In this document: in pieces, positions 1 through 9,169 of the stretch
Layout: each line of letters begins with the position of its first letter
How positions within the stretch are numbered: position 1 is the first letter of the stretch
Assembly (NCBI GenBank): GCA_963750495.1
Contig: CAVVQV010000017.1
Coordinates: 71,327 to 135,326, forward strand
DNA from: an uncultured Actinomycetota bacterium
GTDB taxonomy: Bacteria > Actinomycetota > Actinomycetes > Propionibacteriales > Nocardioidaceae
DNA length: 64,000 bases
Reading direction: 5' to 3'
Position numbers and translations under genes: made by a program
The notes under the pieces: model-generated
The model's database searches: none
The model's input: the letters and a program-made list of their open reading frames with translations, nothing else
Told to the model about the DNA's origin: nothing

Positions 1-150
1 CCGTTCGTCAGCGAGTTCGTCCCGACGGTCGACCTGACCACTGGCCGGCTGGTGGTCAGCGACCGGATCGGCCTGCTGGCCACCGAGGACGACAGCGACG
101 AGACCGACGAGAGCGCCGCCGGCGCTGCGCCGGGGAGCCCGGGCGTCTGA
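1..150 (+). CDS. rimM: 16S rRNA processing protein RimM, C-terminal fragment (gene runs off the 5-prime edge)
   Basis: Frame 1 is open from base 1 to TGA 148-150 ([26 protein letters not shown]...). It sits directly upstream of trmD with a TGATG stop/start overlap, matching the conserved rimM-trmD-rplS order. The call rests mainly on synteny. Confidence 0.6.
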   Translation, partial: PFVSEFVPTVDLTTGRLVVSDRIGLLATEDDSDETDESAAGAAPGSPGV

Positions 151-1349
151 TGCGCATCGACGTGGTGTCGATCTTCCCCGACTACCTCGCTCCACTCCAG
201 CTCTCGTTGCTCGGCAGGGCCCGCGACGCGGGACTGGTCGACCTGCGCACCCACGACCTGCGCCGGTGGACGCACGACCGTCACCACACCGTCGACGACA
301 CCCCGTACGGCGGTGGCGCCGGGATGGTGATGAAGCCCGAGCCATGGGGCGAGGCGCTCGACGAGATCCTCGAGTCAGACCCCGGACTCGCCCCGGTGAT
401 CGTGGTGCCCTCGCCCTCAGGGGTGAAGCTCGACCAGTCGCTCGCCGCGACGCTGAGTACGGAGAAGTGGCTGGTGTTCGCCTGCGGTCGTTACGAGGGC
501 ATCGACCAGCGCGTGATCGACCACTACGCGTCGCGGGGTCGCGTCCGCGAGGTCAGTCTCGCCGACGTGGTGCTCAACGGTGGTGAGGTTGCGACCATGG
601 CCATCATCGAGGCCGTCGTCCGGCTGTTGCCCGGCTTCGTGGGCAACCCGGAGTCGCTCGCCGAGGAGTCGCACCACACGGGGAGCGGGGGCTTGCTCGA
701 ATATCCGGTCTACACCAAACCGGCGACCTGGCGCGGCCGCGACGTGCCCGACGTGCTGCTGTCGGGCCACCACGGCAACATCGCGGCCTGGCGGCGTGAG
801 CAGGCGGCCCGTCGTACGGTCGAGCGACGACCCGACCTGCTGCCGCCCACGGCGCTCCCGGGTTCGGGGGACGGCGCCGGGCCGTGGGGTGCCCTCGACC
901 TGCGCCTGGCCGTACCTGCTGATGCAGCGCAGCTCCTGACGCTGCAGCGAGCCTGCTGGGTCACCGAGGCGCAGGACAATGACATGCCGTTCCTGCCGGC
1001 CCTGACCGAGTCTCTCGACGATGTCGTCGAAGGACTGCGCCGCTGGGTCACCTGGATGGTGTGGGCCGGTCCTCGCCTGGTCGGGTCGGTGCGCGCGCGG
1101 CAGGCAGGTCAGACCTGGGAGATCGGCCGGCTGATGGTGGCCGAGGACTTGCGAGGACGCGGGCTGGGGCGGGCGCTGCTCGAGCACATCGAGGAGACGG
1201 CTCCGGACGACGTCGCCGAGTTCACCCTGTTCACGGGCGCCAAGAGCGTCGGCAACCTGCGTCGCTACCGCAAGGCCGGCTACCGGGCTTCGGCCGCGGA
1301 CGAGCCCGGTGTGGTCCGTCTCACGAAAGCGCGGCGCGCTCACTCCTGA
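150..1349 (+). CDS. trmD: tRNA (guanine37-N1)-methyltransferase TrmD fused to a C-terminal GNAT acetyltransferase domain
   Basis: 399-aa ORF. Residues 1-230 are classic TrmD ([54 protein letters not shown]). Residues ~250-399 carry GNAT motif A ([14 protein letters not shown]) and the downstream beta-strands. No stop codon separates the two parts. Confidence 0.9.
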   Translation: MRIDVVSIFPDYLAPLQLSLLGRARDAGLVDLRTHDLRRWTHDRHHTVDDTPYGGGAGMVMKPEPWGEALDEILESDPGLAPVIVVPSPSGVKLDQSLAATLSTEKWLVFACGRYEGIDQRVIDHYASRGRVREVSLADVVLNGGEVATMAIIEAVVRLLPGFVGNPESLAEESHHTGSGGLLEYPVYTKPATWRGRDVPDVLLSGHHGNIAAWRREQAARRTVERRPDLLPPTALPGSGDGAGPWGALDLRLAVPADAAQLLTLQRACWVTEAQDNDMPFLPALTESLDDVVEGLRRWVTWMVWAGPRLVGSVRARQAGQTWEIGRLMVAEDLRGRGLGRALLEHIEETAPDDVAEFTLFTGAKSVGNLRRYRKAGYRASAADEPGVVRLTKARRAHS

Positions 1350-1551
1350 CCGTTCGTCCGATTTCTCTCCACGGCGCGGCCTGTGGCAGACTTGGGGGTC
1401 GGCGTCACGCGCGTCCGGTCCAGGCTGCAGAGCCCGGACCAAGCCCACACTGCCTCAGGGGTTCGGGCTGGCTGGCGCGAGCCGCCCCGATGACCTGCAA
1501 CTCTTGACTCCGCGTGAGTGACCTGTGGCACTGACGAGAAAGCGACCCGAC

Positions 1552-1914
1552 ATGACCAACACGATCGACACGCTGGCCGGTGGCGTCCTGCGCGACGACA
1601 TCCCAGACTTCCGGGCCGGTGACACCCTCAAGGTGCACGTCAAGGTCGTCGAGGGCAACCGCTCACGGATCCAGATCTTCCAGGGGGTCTGCATCCGGAT
1701 CCAGGGCTCCGGCGTCGGTCGCACCTTCACGGTGCGCAAGGTCAGCTTCGGAGTCGGCGTCGAGCGCACATTCCCGCTGCACACGCCGATCATCGACAAA
1801 ATCGAGGTCGTGACCCGCGGCGACGTCCGCCGGGCCAAGCTCTACTACCTGCGGAACCTGCGCGGCAAGGCTGCCAAGATCAAGGAGCGCCGCGACGCCC
1901 CCGTCGCCCGCTGA
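1552..1914 (+). CDS. rplS: 50S ribosomal protein L19
   Basis: [46 protein letters not shown]... is typical L19. ATG 1552 lies 9 nt after GAGAAAG. The ORF-track GTG at 1525 adds 9 residues not expected in L19. Confidence 0.95.
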   Translation: MTNTIDTLAGGVLRDDIPDFRAGDTLKVHVKVVEGNRSRIQIFQGVCIRIQGSGVGRTFTVRKVSFGVGVERTFPLHTPIIDKIEVVTRGDVRRAKLYYLRNLRGKAAKIKERRDAPVAR

Positions 1915-1972
1915 GGCAGGGTGTTGTCCTGAACGACGCTCAGCGGATCTCCCGCTGCGTTAGGCTCAGGAA

Positions 1973-2902
1973 GTGAATCCGGTTCCCCCCGAGGGTCCTG
2001 CGCCGGCCACGGAGTCGGACGTCGACCACGCTGGACCGGGATCCGATGACGTCGCGGTGCCGCTGGCTGCTGAGCCTCCCGCTGACCAACCAACGCCGCA
2101 CCGGCCGCGCATTCACCGACCCGGGCGCCGCAAGGCCACCACTCCGCGCAAGAACCTGGCCCTGTGGCAGGAGTCGGTCATCCTGGTCGGGACAGCCCTG
2201 ATCCTGGCCCTGCTCATCAAGACGTTCTTCGTCCAGGCCTTTTACATCCCGTCCGGGTCCATGCGCGACACGCTGCGCGTCAACGACCGGATTCTCGTCG
2301 AGAAGTGGTCGTACTGGTTCGGCGGCGACGTCCAGCGCGGCGACATCGTCGTGTTCGACGACCCGGCCAACTGGTTGGGTGAGGAAGACGTGCGCACCTC
2401 GACCGGGCCGGTCAGCAAGGTGCTGTCCACCGTCGGTCTGTATCCGACCGGCGGACATCTCGTGAAGCGCGTGATCGGCGTGGGCGGTGACGAGATCGCC
2501 TGCGTCGACGGCGCAGTACAGGTCAACGGGATTCCCCTGCAGGAGTCCTCGTACGTCACGCTGCCCACCAAGGCGTGCACGAGCGCGTTCGACGTCACGG
2601 TTCCCCAGGACCGGTTGTGGGTCATGGGCGACAATCGCGACCACTCAGCCGACTCGCGGGTCCACACGGGTGACCCCGGTGGCGGCTTCATCCCGGTCAA
2701 CGACGTCGTCGGCAAAGTTTTCGTCGTCGTCTGGCCGCTTGACCACTGGACGTTCCTGCACCGTCCGGGGACCTTCTCCGACCCGGCGCTCGACCAGGCG
2801 GCGGGTCTCGTGTCAGCTTCTGCACCCCTCGGGCTAGCGTTGCTCGGGTGCGGGCCGTTGGTCCGCCGCATCCGACGACGACCCACCAGAACCGAGGACT
2901 GA
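1973..2902 (+). CDS. lepB: signal peptidase I (S26 family), copy 1
   Basis: One TM segment, then the catalytic Ser box IPSGSMRDTL, the Lys box GHLVKRVIGVGGD and VMGDNRDHSADSR. GTG 1973 follows AGGAA. Confidence 0.93.
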   Translation: MNPVPPEGPAPATESDVDHAGPGSDDVAVPLAAEPPADQPTPHRPRIHRPGRRKATTPRKNLALWQESVILVGTALILALLIKTFFVQAFYIPSGSMRDTLRVNDRILVEKWSYWFGGDVQRGDIVVFDDPANWLGEEDVRTSTGPVSKVLSTVGLYPTGGHLVKRVIGVGGDEIACVDGAVQVNGIPLQESSYVTLPTKACTSAFDVTVPQDRLWVMGDNRDHSADSRVHTGDPGGGFIPVNDVVGKVFVVVWPLDHWTFLHRPGTFSDPALDQAAGLVSASAPLGLALLGCGPLVRRIRRRPTRTED

Positions 2903-3828
2903 TGCCCGAGGAGACCACCCGCTCCGGGCCAGAAGCCCCCGAGGCCGTTCCACCCGAGCCCGTTCCAGTCGAGGGCGAGGCCGTTCCACCCGAGGCGGAG
3001 GCCGTTCCACCCGAGGCGGCGGACGGCGAGCGGACCAGTGGTACCGAGGCGAGCGAGGGTGCGTCCGGGCCGGGTGGCACCGACGTCCCGATCGCCGGTG
3101 TGCGGTCACCTGCGAACAGCCCAGCGCGTCGGACCGGACGGTTCGTGCGCGAGCTCGTGATCATCGTCGCGATCGCGCTGATCGCCTCGGCCCTGTTGCG
3201 CGCCTTCGTCGTCCAGGCCTTCTACGTGCCGTCGGGCTCGATGCTGCCCGCCATCCAGCTGCAGGACCGCATCCTGGTCTCCCGCATCGGAGACGTCGAG
3301 CGTGGTGAAGTCGTCGTGTTCGAGGACCCGGGCGGCTGGATCCCGGCCGGGGAGCAGGCGCAACCACCCGGTGCCATCCACAAGGCCTTCGAGTTCGTGG
3401 GCATCCTGCCGGCGTCCGGGCACGAGCATCTCGTGAAACGCGTCATCGGGCTGCCTGGCGACCACGTCGTGTGCTGTGACGGGGCAGGCAAGCTGACGAT
3501 CAACGGCACGGCAGTCGACGAGTCCGGTTTCATCGCGCCCGCTACGGGTCGGGCCGACAACGTGTCCTTCGACATCGTCGTTCCGCAAGGCCACATGTTC
3601 GTGCTGGGTGACAACCGCTACGTCTCGGGCGACTCGAGCCGTCACCTGACCGGCCAGGATGCGTTCGTGCCCATGAGCCTCGTCACGGGGCGGGCCTTCG
3701 CGGTGATCTGGCCGTTCTCGCATCGCCGCTTCCTGCACATCCCCTCGGCATACGACGACGTCCCAGCCGGGCAGACGCCACCGGGCGAGGGTGTGATCAA
3801 TCCGGTCAAGCCGGATCAGGGACAATGA
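2902..3828 (+). CDS. lepB: signal peptidase I (S26 family), copy 2, with an acidic Pro/Glu-rich N-terminal extension
   Basis: VPSGSMLPAI, EHLVKRVIGLPGD and VLGDNRYVSGDSSRH boxes. ATG 2902 overlaps the TGA of copy 1 (TGATG). The ORF-track start at 2848 would overlap copy 1 by 55 nt. The N-terminus contains three copies of GAGGCCGTTCCACCCGAG (2941, 2977, 2998). Confidence 0.92.
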   Translation: MPEETTRSGPEAPEAVPPEPVPVEGEAVPPEAEAVPPEAADGERTSGTEASEGASGPGGTDVPIAGVRSPANSPARRTGRFVRELVIIVAIALIASALLRAFVVQAFYVPSGSMLPAIQLQDRILVSRIGDVERGEVVVFEDPGGWIPAGEQAQPPGAIHKAFEFVGILPASGHEHLVKRVIGLPGDHVVCCDGAGKLTINGTAVDESGFIAPATGRADNVSFDIVVPQGHMFVLGDNRYVSGDSSRHLTGQDAFVPMSLVTGRAFAVIWPFSHRRFLHIPSAYDDVPAGQTPPGEGVINPVKPDQGQ

Positions 3829-3835
3829 TCGAGCA

Positions 3836-4552
3836 ATGAGCCCTCTACCTCGTGGAAGCACCGTCAGACGCGATGCCGGGCTGTACGGCTACGAGCGTGC
3901 CCTGCGCCGGGCTGGGCTGACGCCGATAGCAGGAGTCGACGAGGCCGGTCGGGGCGCCTGTGCCGGCCCGCTGGTCGCCGGCGCCGCCATCCTGCCCGAC
4001 GGAGCACGGGGAATCGTCCCGGGCCTGGCTGATTCCAAGCTGCTCACCGCCAAGGCGCGCGAACGCTGCTACGACCAGATCGTCCGCCGTGCCGAGGCGT
4101 GGTCTGTGGTCGTGATCGACTCCGCGGAGTGCGACGAGCTCGGCATGCACGTGGCCAACATCGAGGCGTTGCGCCGTGCGCTGGCCCGACTCGACAGGCG
4201 CGCCAGCTACGTCCTGACCGACGGCTTTCCCGTCGACGGTCTCGGCGTACCGGGGCTTGCCGTCTGGAAGGGTGACCGGGTGGCCGCGTGCATCGCGGCG
4301 GCGAGCGTGCTCGCAAAGGTCACTCGCGACCGCATCATGACGGAGCTGCACGACGTCTACCCGGACTACGACTTCGCGGTCCACAAGGGGTATGTCACCA
4401 AGGAGCACCAGCGGGCGCTGCAGACGCACGGTCCCTGTGCCGAGCACCGGCGCCGTTTCGTGAATGTCAGGCGGGTCGAGGGCGGCGGCAGTGAGCTCGT
4501 CCTGACCGGACAGGAACTCGAGCCGCACGAACAGGTGGAGATGTCGCGATGA
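3836..4552 (+). CDS. rnhB: ribonuclease HII
   Basis: GVDEAGRGACAGPLVAGAAIL active-site motif, DSKLLTAKARE, and conserved position after lepB. Confidence 0.93.
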   Translation: MSPLPRGSTVRRDAGLYGYERALRRAGLTPIAGVDEAGRGACAGPLVAGAAILPDGARGIVPGLADSKLLTAKARERCYDQIVRRAEAWSVVVIDSAECDELGMHVANIEALRRALARLDRRASYVLTDGFPVDGLGVPGLAVWKGDRVAACIAAASVLAKVTRDRIMTELHDVYPDYDFAVHKGYVTKEHQRALQTHGPCAEHRRRFVNVRRVEGGGSELVLTGQELEPHEQVEMSR

Positions 4553-4857
4553 GTGCTGAAGACCTCGAGAAGTACGAGACCGAGATGGAGCTCCATCTCT
4601 ACCGGGAGTACCGCGACGTGGTCGCGATCTTCAAGTACGTCGTCGAGACCGACCGGCGCTTCTACCTGTGCAATGCCGTCGACCTGAAGGTCCGTACCGA
4701 GGCCGGCGACGCGTACTTCGAGGTCACGATGTCCGACGCCTGGGTCTGGGACATGTACCGACCGGCCAGGTTCGCCAAGAACGTCAAGGTGGTGACGTTC
4801 AAGGACGTCAACATCGAAGAGCTCGCGAAGTCCGACCTCGAACCGCCCAAGCCCTGA
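4549..4857 (+). CDS. DUF2469 domain-containing protein
   Basis: MSAEDLEKYETEMELHLYREYRDVVAIFKYVVETDRRFYL is the conserved actinobacterial DUF2469 sequence. There is a 4-nt ATGA overlap with rnhB. Confidence 0.88.
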   Translation: MSAEDLEKYETEMELHLYREYRDVVAIFKYVVETDRRFYLCNAVDLKVRTEAGDAYFEVTMSDAWVWDMYRPARFAKNVKVVTFKDVNIEELAKSDLEPPKP

Positions 4858-4967
4858 CCTGAGCCGGCGTCCACAACCCACCCCGTACCAGTCGTCTCTC
4901 CACAGCTGCGTCGTCCTCGCCTCGCTGCGCGCCGCCCCACCCTCACGGTGGTCGTGGAGGTGGATCC

Positions 4968-5378
4968 ATGACAACGACCCACGCGCAACGCAAAGCCCTC
5001 GGTGACTTCGGTGAACGTGTCGCCGCCCGATTTCTGGGCGATCTCGGCATGGTGGTTCTCGACCGCAACTGGCGATGCCCTGCGGGGGAGATCGACATCG
5101 TGGCGCTCGACCGGCGCGAGCTGGTCATCTGCGAGGTCAAGACCCGCACCAGCCGGCGGTTCGGTACTCCGTTCGAGGCGATCACCGTCGACAAGTTGGC
5201 TCGGCTGCGTCGACTCGGCTACCAGTGGGTCGAGGCCCACGGTGCCCACGGTGCCCACGGTGCCCACGGTGCCCACGGTGCCCAGCTGCCTTTCGCCCGG
5301 ATGCGCGTCGACGTTGTTTGCGTCGACGCGAGCGCGCGCGGCGCCGCATCCATCGAGCACGTGCGGGCGGTGGCGTGA
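4968..5378 (+). CDS. yraN: YraN family protein (UPF0102, predicted endonuclease fold)
   Basis: [43 protein letters not shown] is the YraN core. It carries an internal (AHG)5 insertion from a 9-bp tandem repeat. Confidence 0.88.
   Translation: MTTTHAQRKALGDFGERVAARFLGDLGMVVLDRNWRCPAGEIDIVALDRRELVICEVKTRTSRRFGTPFEAITVDKLARLRRLGYQWVEAHGAHGAHGAHGAHGAQLPFARMRVDVVCVDASARGAASIEHVRAVA
5235..5285 (+). repeat. 9-bp tandem repeat (GCCCACGGT) x5.6 inside yraN
   Basis: Five perfect units at 5235-5279 plus the partial GCCCAG. In frame, it encodes [16 protein letters not shown]. Confidence 0.97.
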
Positions 5379-6950
5379 GTGGCGACCGGCATGACCTACT
5401 CCGTCGCGCTCGACGGAGTCACCGGCCGGGTGGTCCCGGTCGAGGCCGACATCAGCGACGGCGTGTCCGGCTGGTCGCTGTCCGGGATGCCCGATCCCAG
5501 CGTGACGACGGCCCGCGACCGCTGTCGAGCGGCCCTGATCAACAGCAGGTTCCGGTGGCCCGACCGACGTCTGACGGTCGCTCTCTACCCGCCCGACGTT
5601 CCCAAGGTCGGGTCGCACTACGACCTGGCGATCGCGCTCGCACTCCTGGCGGCCGATGGCAGGCTCGCCGCTGACTCCCTCCGCGAGACGGCCGTCCTCG
5701 GAGAGCTGGGTCTCGACGGGAGGTTGCGCCCGGTGGCCGGCGTTCTCCCCGCAGCCCTGACGTCTGCCGCGGCCGGACTGTGCCGGATCATCGTCCCGGA
5801 GGCAAACGCCAACGAAGCCGGACTGGTTCCCGGGCTGGACGTGACCGCCGTCCGCACCTTGCGCGAGTGCGTGGCCGTGCTCACCGGCGAGGATCTCGGT
5901 GCAGACGACCTGCCACCCATTGCGGAGTTCGAGCCGGCCGGGGCCGACTGGGACGACGTCGACGACCGTGATCTGGCCGACGTCCGTGGCCAGACCCAGG
6001 CGAGGTGGTGCGTTGAGGTGGCCGCCGCCGGAGGACATCATCTATCGCTCGAAGGGCCTCCCGGAGCAGGCAAGACGATGCTCGCGGAGCGATTCGCTCC
6101 GTTGCTGCCTGACCTGACACTCGGCGCGGCCATCGAGGTGAGCCAGATCCACAGCGTCGCGGGCCTGCTGACCCGCGAGCGTCCGTTGCTGACGCGTCCG
6201 CCGTTCCTCGCCCCGCACCACAACGACACGGTCCCCTCGGTGGTGGGTGGTGGTGCCAAGGTGATCCGCCCGGGCGCGATCAGCCTGGCGCATCGCGGCG
6301 TGCTGTTCCTCGACGAGGCGCCGGAGTTCCGACCGACGGTTCACGACGCCCTCCGGCAACCCTTGGAGAGTGGGCGTATCTCGATCCGGCGCGCCGAGGG
6401 TGCCGCCACCTTCCCGGCCCGCTTCCAATTGATCCTGGCGGCCAATCCCTGCCCCTGCGGCGGCGACACGCTGCACAACACCTGTCGGTGCGAGGCGATG
6501 AAGCGACGTCGCTACCGGCAACGCATCAGCGGACCAGTCCGCGACCGTATCGACATCGTCCACACCGTGATCCCGGTGTCTCCTGCCGAGATGCTGCAGC
6601 CGATCGGTTGGCGGGGGACGACGGCGGCCGTCAGGGACCGCGTGCTCGCGGCGCGTGAGCGACAGGGCAGACGCTTCGACGGGATGCCCTGGACGGTCAA
6701 CGCGGTCGCGCCGGCCGCCGACTTCCGCGGGGTCTGTCCGGTGAGCGACGAAGTCAGCCGGGCGATCGGGGACGCGGTGGCGAAGGGATACCTCACCCAG
6801 CGCGGAGCCGACCGCGTGGTTCGGCTCACCTGGACGCTGGCTGACCTGGCCGGGCTGGACCGACCCGGGCCAGAGCAGGCACAGGAGGCGTTGCACCTGC
6901 GCACCGACGGTGGTGCCGGTGTGTCCTACCGATCGGCGGAGGTGGCCTGA
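5379..6950 (+). CDS. yifB: YifB/ComM family Mg-chelatase-like AAA+ ATPase
   Basis: N-terminal Lon-protease-like domain, Walker A GPPGAGKTMLA, Walker B GVLFLDEAPEF, Cys-rich NPCPCG...CRC insert and C-terminal ChlI-like domain. The start is GTG 5379 or ATG 5391. Confidence 0.92.
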   Translation: MATGMTYSVALDGVTGRVVPVEADISDGVSGWSLSGMPDPSVTTARDRCRAALINSRFRWPDRRLTVALYPPDVPKVGSHYDLAIALALLAADGRLAADSLRETAVLGELGLDGRLRPVAGVLPAALTSAAAGLCRIIVPEANANEAGLVPGLDVTAVRTLRECVAVLTGEDLGADDLPPIAEFEPAGADWDDVDDRDLADVRGQTQARWCVEVAAAGGHHLSLEGPPGAGKTMLAERFAPLLPDLTLGAAIEVSQIHSVAGLLTRERPLLTRPPFLAPHHNDTVPSVVGGGAKVIRPGAISLAHRGVLFLDEAPEFRPTVHDALRQPLESGRISIRRAEGAATFPARFQLILAANPCPCGGDTLHNTCRCEAMKRRRYRQRISGPVRDRIDIVHTVIPVSPAEMLQPIGWRGTTAAVRDRVLAARERQGRRFDGMPWTVNAVAPAADFRGVCPVSDEVSRAIGDAVAKGYLTQRGADRVVRLTWTLADLAGLDRPGPEQAQEALHLRTDGGAGVSYRSAEVA

Positions 6951-6953
6951 GCC

Positions 6954-8168
6954 GTGTCCGATCGCAACGATGCCACGGGCGCAACCCTTCGACCCGGCAC
7001 GGCGGTCCAGGCGCGACCGGTGTCCGCGGTGGAGCGACGCGCTCGGATGGTCTTGAGCCGCGTGGCCGAGCCCGGTGATGCCGATGCCTGCGCATTGGTG
7101 CACGACCACGGTGCCGAACTGCTGGTCGCTCGGCTCGCCGCCGACTCGCTGGACCCGGCCTCCACGAGCAAGCTCGCGGGCTGGGCGGACCGCCTTCGCG
7201 AGCTCGACGTCGACGAGATGGTGACCGCTGGTGACGGCGTCGACGCGCGGTTCGTCTGTCCCGGTGACGCCGAGTGGCCGACCCAGCTCGAAGACCTCGG
7301 CCTGCTCGACGGCGGTCACGGGGATCGTCGCGGCGGCCGACCGTTCGGCCTGTGGATCCGCGGTGCCGGCGATCTGCACGCGCTCGCCCAGCGGAGCGTC
7401 GCCATCGTGGGCGCCCGGGCGGCGACGTCGTACGGAGAGCACGTCGCAGGAGACCTCGCGATCGGCTGCTCCGTCGAAGGGTGGACGGTGACGTCCGGCG
7501 GCGCCTACGGCATCGATGCGGCGGCCCATCGAGGCGCCCTGGCGGCAGACCGCGCCACCATCTGCGTCCTGGCGGGCGGCATCGACCGGCTGTACCCAGC
7601 CGGGCACGCTCCGATGCTGCGGCGCCTCCTCGAGCACGGGTGCCTCGTCAGCGAGGCGGCGCCGGGGTGTGCACCTAGCCGGAGCCGGTTCCTCGTCCGC
7701 AACCGGCTGATCGCCGCCCTGACGCAGGGCACCGTGGTCGTCGAGGCGGCGCTGCGGAGCGGGTCGCTCAACACGGCCCGCTGGGCTGACGACCTGCTGC
7801 GTCCGGTGATGGGGGTGCCCGGCCCGGTCACGTCGGCCGCGTCGCGCGGCGTCCATGAGCTCCTGCGCGTCGCCGCCCTGCTGGTGACAGCTGCTGACGA
7901 GATCATCGAACAGCTCTCGCCCGCTGGGACCGGGCTGGCGGTCCGTCGTGAAGACGAGCCCAGACCGGCCGACGCGCTGAGCCGTGAGACCCGGCAGGTG
8001 CTCGATGCCGTACCCAAGCTCGAGGCTGCTTCGAGCGCATCGATTGCCCTGGTCGCCGGGCTGCCCCGGCCCACCGTCGTCGAGCGGCTCCGGTGGCTTG
8101 CCGAGGCGCAGTGGGTCGACCACACCACCACCGACCGGTGGTGTCAGGCGGCGCTTCCGCCCCGGTGA
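6954..8168 (+). CDS. dprA: DNA-processing protein DprA
   Basis: Rossmann-like DprA core (VAIVGARAATSYGEHVA, SGGAYGIDAAAHRGAL, FLVRNRLIAAL) and position after yifB. Confidence 0.92.
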   Translation: MSDRNDATGATLRPGTAVQARPVSAVERRARMVLSRVAEPGDADACALVHDHGAELLVARLAADSLDPASTSKLAGWADRLRELDVDEMVTAGDGVDARFVCPGDAEWPTQLEDLGLLDGGHGDRRGGRPFGLWIRGAGDLHALAQRSVAIVGARAATSYGEHVAGDLAIGCSVEGWTVTSGGAYGIDAAAHRGALAADRATICVLAGGIDRLYPAGHAPMLRRLLEHGCLVSEAAPGCAPSRSRFLVRNRLIAALTQGTVVVEAALRSGSLNTARWADDLLRPVMGVPGPVTSAASRGVHELLRVAALLVTAADEIIEQLSPAGTGLAVRREDEPRPADALSRETRQVLDAVPKLEAASSASIALVAGLPRPTVVERLRWLAEAQWVDHTTTDRWCQAALPPR

Positions 8169-8236
8169 CGACACGCGTCCCACGGCTGCTGGACGACCTG
8201 CCCGGTTTCGTCACCTGCGGCTGACACACTGACGAG

Positions 8237-9169
8237 ATGGCGCCGCTGATCGACGAGCTGACCGAGGCGAACGCGGCCATCCTCGGCGAGTACGAGCGTC
8301 ATCTGGTGTCTGAGCGGAACCTCTCCCCGCATTCCGTGCGCGCCTATCTCGGCGACGTAGCCGATCTGCTCGAGCACCTGCAACGCCTGGGCTGCGCCGG
8401 CCTCGGTGACGCGGACCTTCGCTCGCTCCGCAGTTGGCTCGCGAAGCAGCAGACGCTGGGCAGGTCCCGCACCACCCTCGCTCGCCGGGCCACGGCGGCG
8501 CGGGTCTTCACCGCGTGGGCGTTCAGGACCGGACGAGCACCGCGCGACGCGGGTGCTCAGCTCGGCAGCCCCAAACCGCACCGCACACTGCCGGAGGCGC
8601 TGACTGCGGACGATGCCCGGGCGCTGCTCGACCAGGCTGGTGAGCTGGCCGCCGCCACGGGACCGATGGGCCTGCGAGACGCAGCCATCCTGGAAGTCCT
8701 GTACGCAACAGGTGTGCGAGTCGGGGAGCTCACCGGCCTCGACGTCGATGACGTTGACCACGATCGTCGGGTGGTGCGGGTCTTCGGGAAGGGGCGCAAG
8801 GAGCGCGCGGTGCCCTATGGCGTGCCGGCGGCGGACGCGCTCGACCGGTGGCTCGGCACGGGCCGGCCCGGACTGGTGCGGTCAGGAAGCGGGCCGGCTC
8901 TGTTCCTGGGTGCACGCGGGGGACGCATCGACCCGCGCACCGTGCGGACGATGGTGCACCGGCGGCTGGCAGACATCCCCGGAGCCCCTGACCTCGGCCC
9001 GCACGGGTTGCGCCACTCAGCGGCCACGCACCTCCTCGAAGGGGGAGCGGACCTCAGGACCGTGCAGGAGCTGCTCGGACACGCGTCGCTCGCCACCACC
9101 CAGATCTATACGCACGTCACCACGGAGCGCTTGCGAGCGGCCTACCGTCAGGCCCACCCGCGCGCCTGA
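8237..9169 (+). CDS. xerC: site-specific tyrosine recombinase XerC
   Basis: SAM-like N-domain plus catalytic R..HxxR..Y region (HGLRHSAATHLLEGGADLRTVQELLGHASLATTQIYTHV). Housekeeping position after dprA. Confidence 0.92.
   Translation: MAPLIDELTEANAAILGEYERHLVSERNLSPHSVRAYLGDVADLLEHLQRLGCAGLGDADLRSLRSWLAKQQTLGRSRTTLARRATAARVFTAWAFRTGRAPRDAGAQLGSPKPHRTLPEALTADDARALLDQAGELAAATGPMGLRDAAILEVLYATGVRVGELTGLDVDDVDHDRRVVRVFGKGRKERAVPYGVPAADALDRWLGTGRPGLVRSGSGPALFLGARGGRIDPRTVRTMVHRRLADIPGAPDLGPHGLRHSAATHLLEGGADLRTVQELLGHASLATTQIYTHVTTERLRAAYRQAHPRA

Noticed and set aside
1504-1532. A TTGACT hexamer as the -35 of an rplS promoter.
   Set aside because: The sequence at the expected -10 position (GGCACT/GCACTG) is a poor match. 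This cannot be supported without TSS data.
6042-8183. A 713-aa ORF on the minus strand, and similar long ORFs: 417-1448(-), 4662-6041(-), 10082-10684(-), 42120-43739(+), 43945-45315(+), 55892-57124(-), 58637-59641(+), 49683-50639(-).
   Set aside because: All lie antisense or out of frame to genes with unambiguous conserved motifs. Their translations are Arg/Gly/Pro/Ala-rich low-complexity sequence, typical of stop-poor frames in 70% GC DNA.
8237-9169. A tyrosine recombinase as a marker of an integrated mobile element.
   Set aside because: The sequence and the position (yifB-dprA-xerC) are those of the housekeeping chromosome-dimer resolvase XerC. There is no adjacent tRNA, att repeats or phage/ICE genes.
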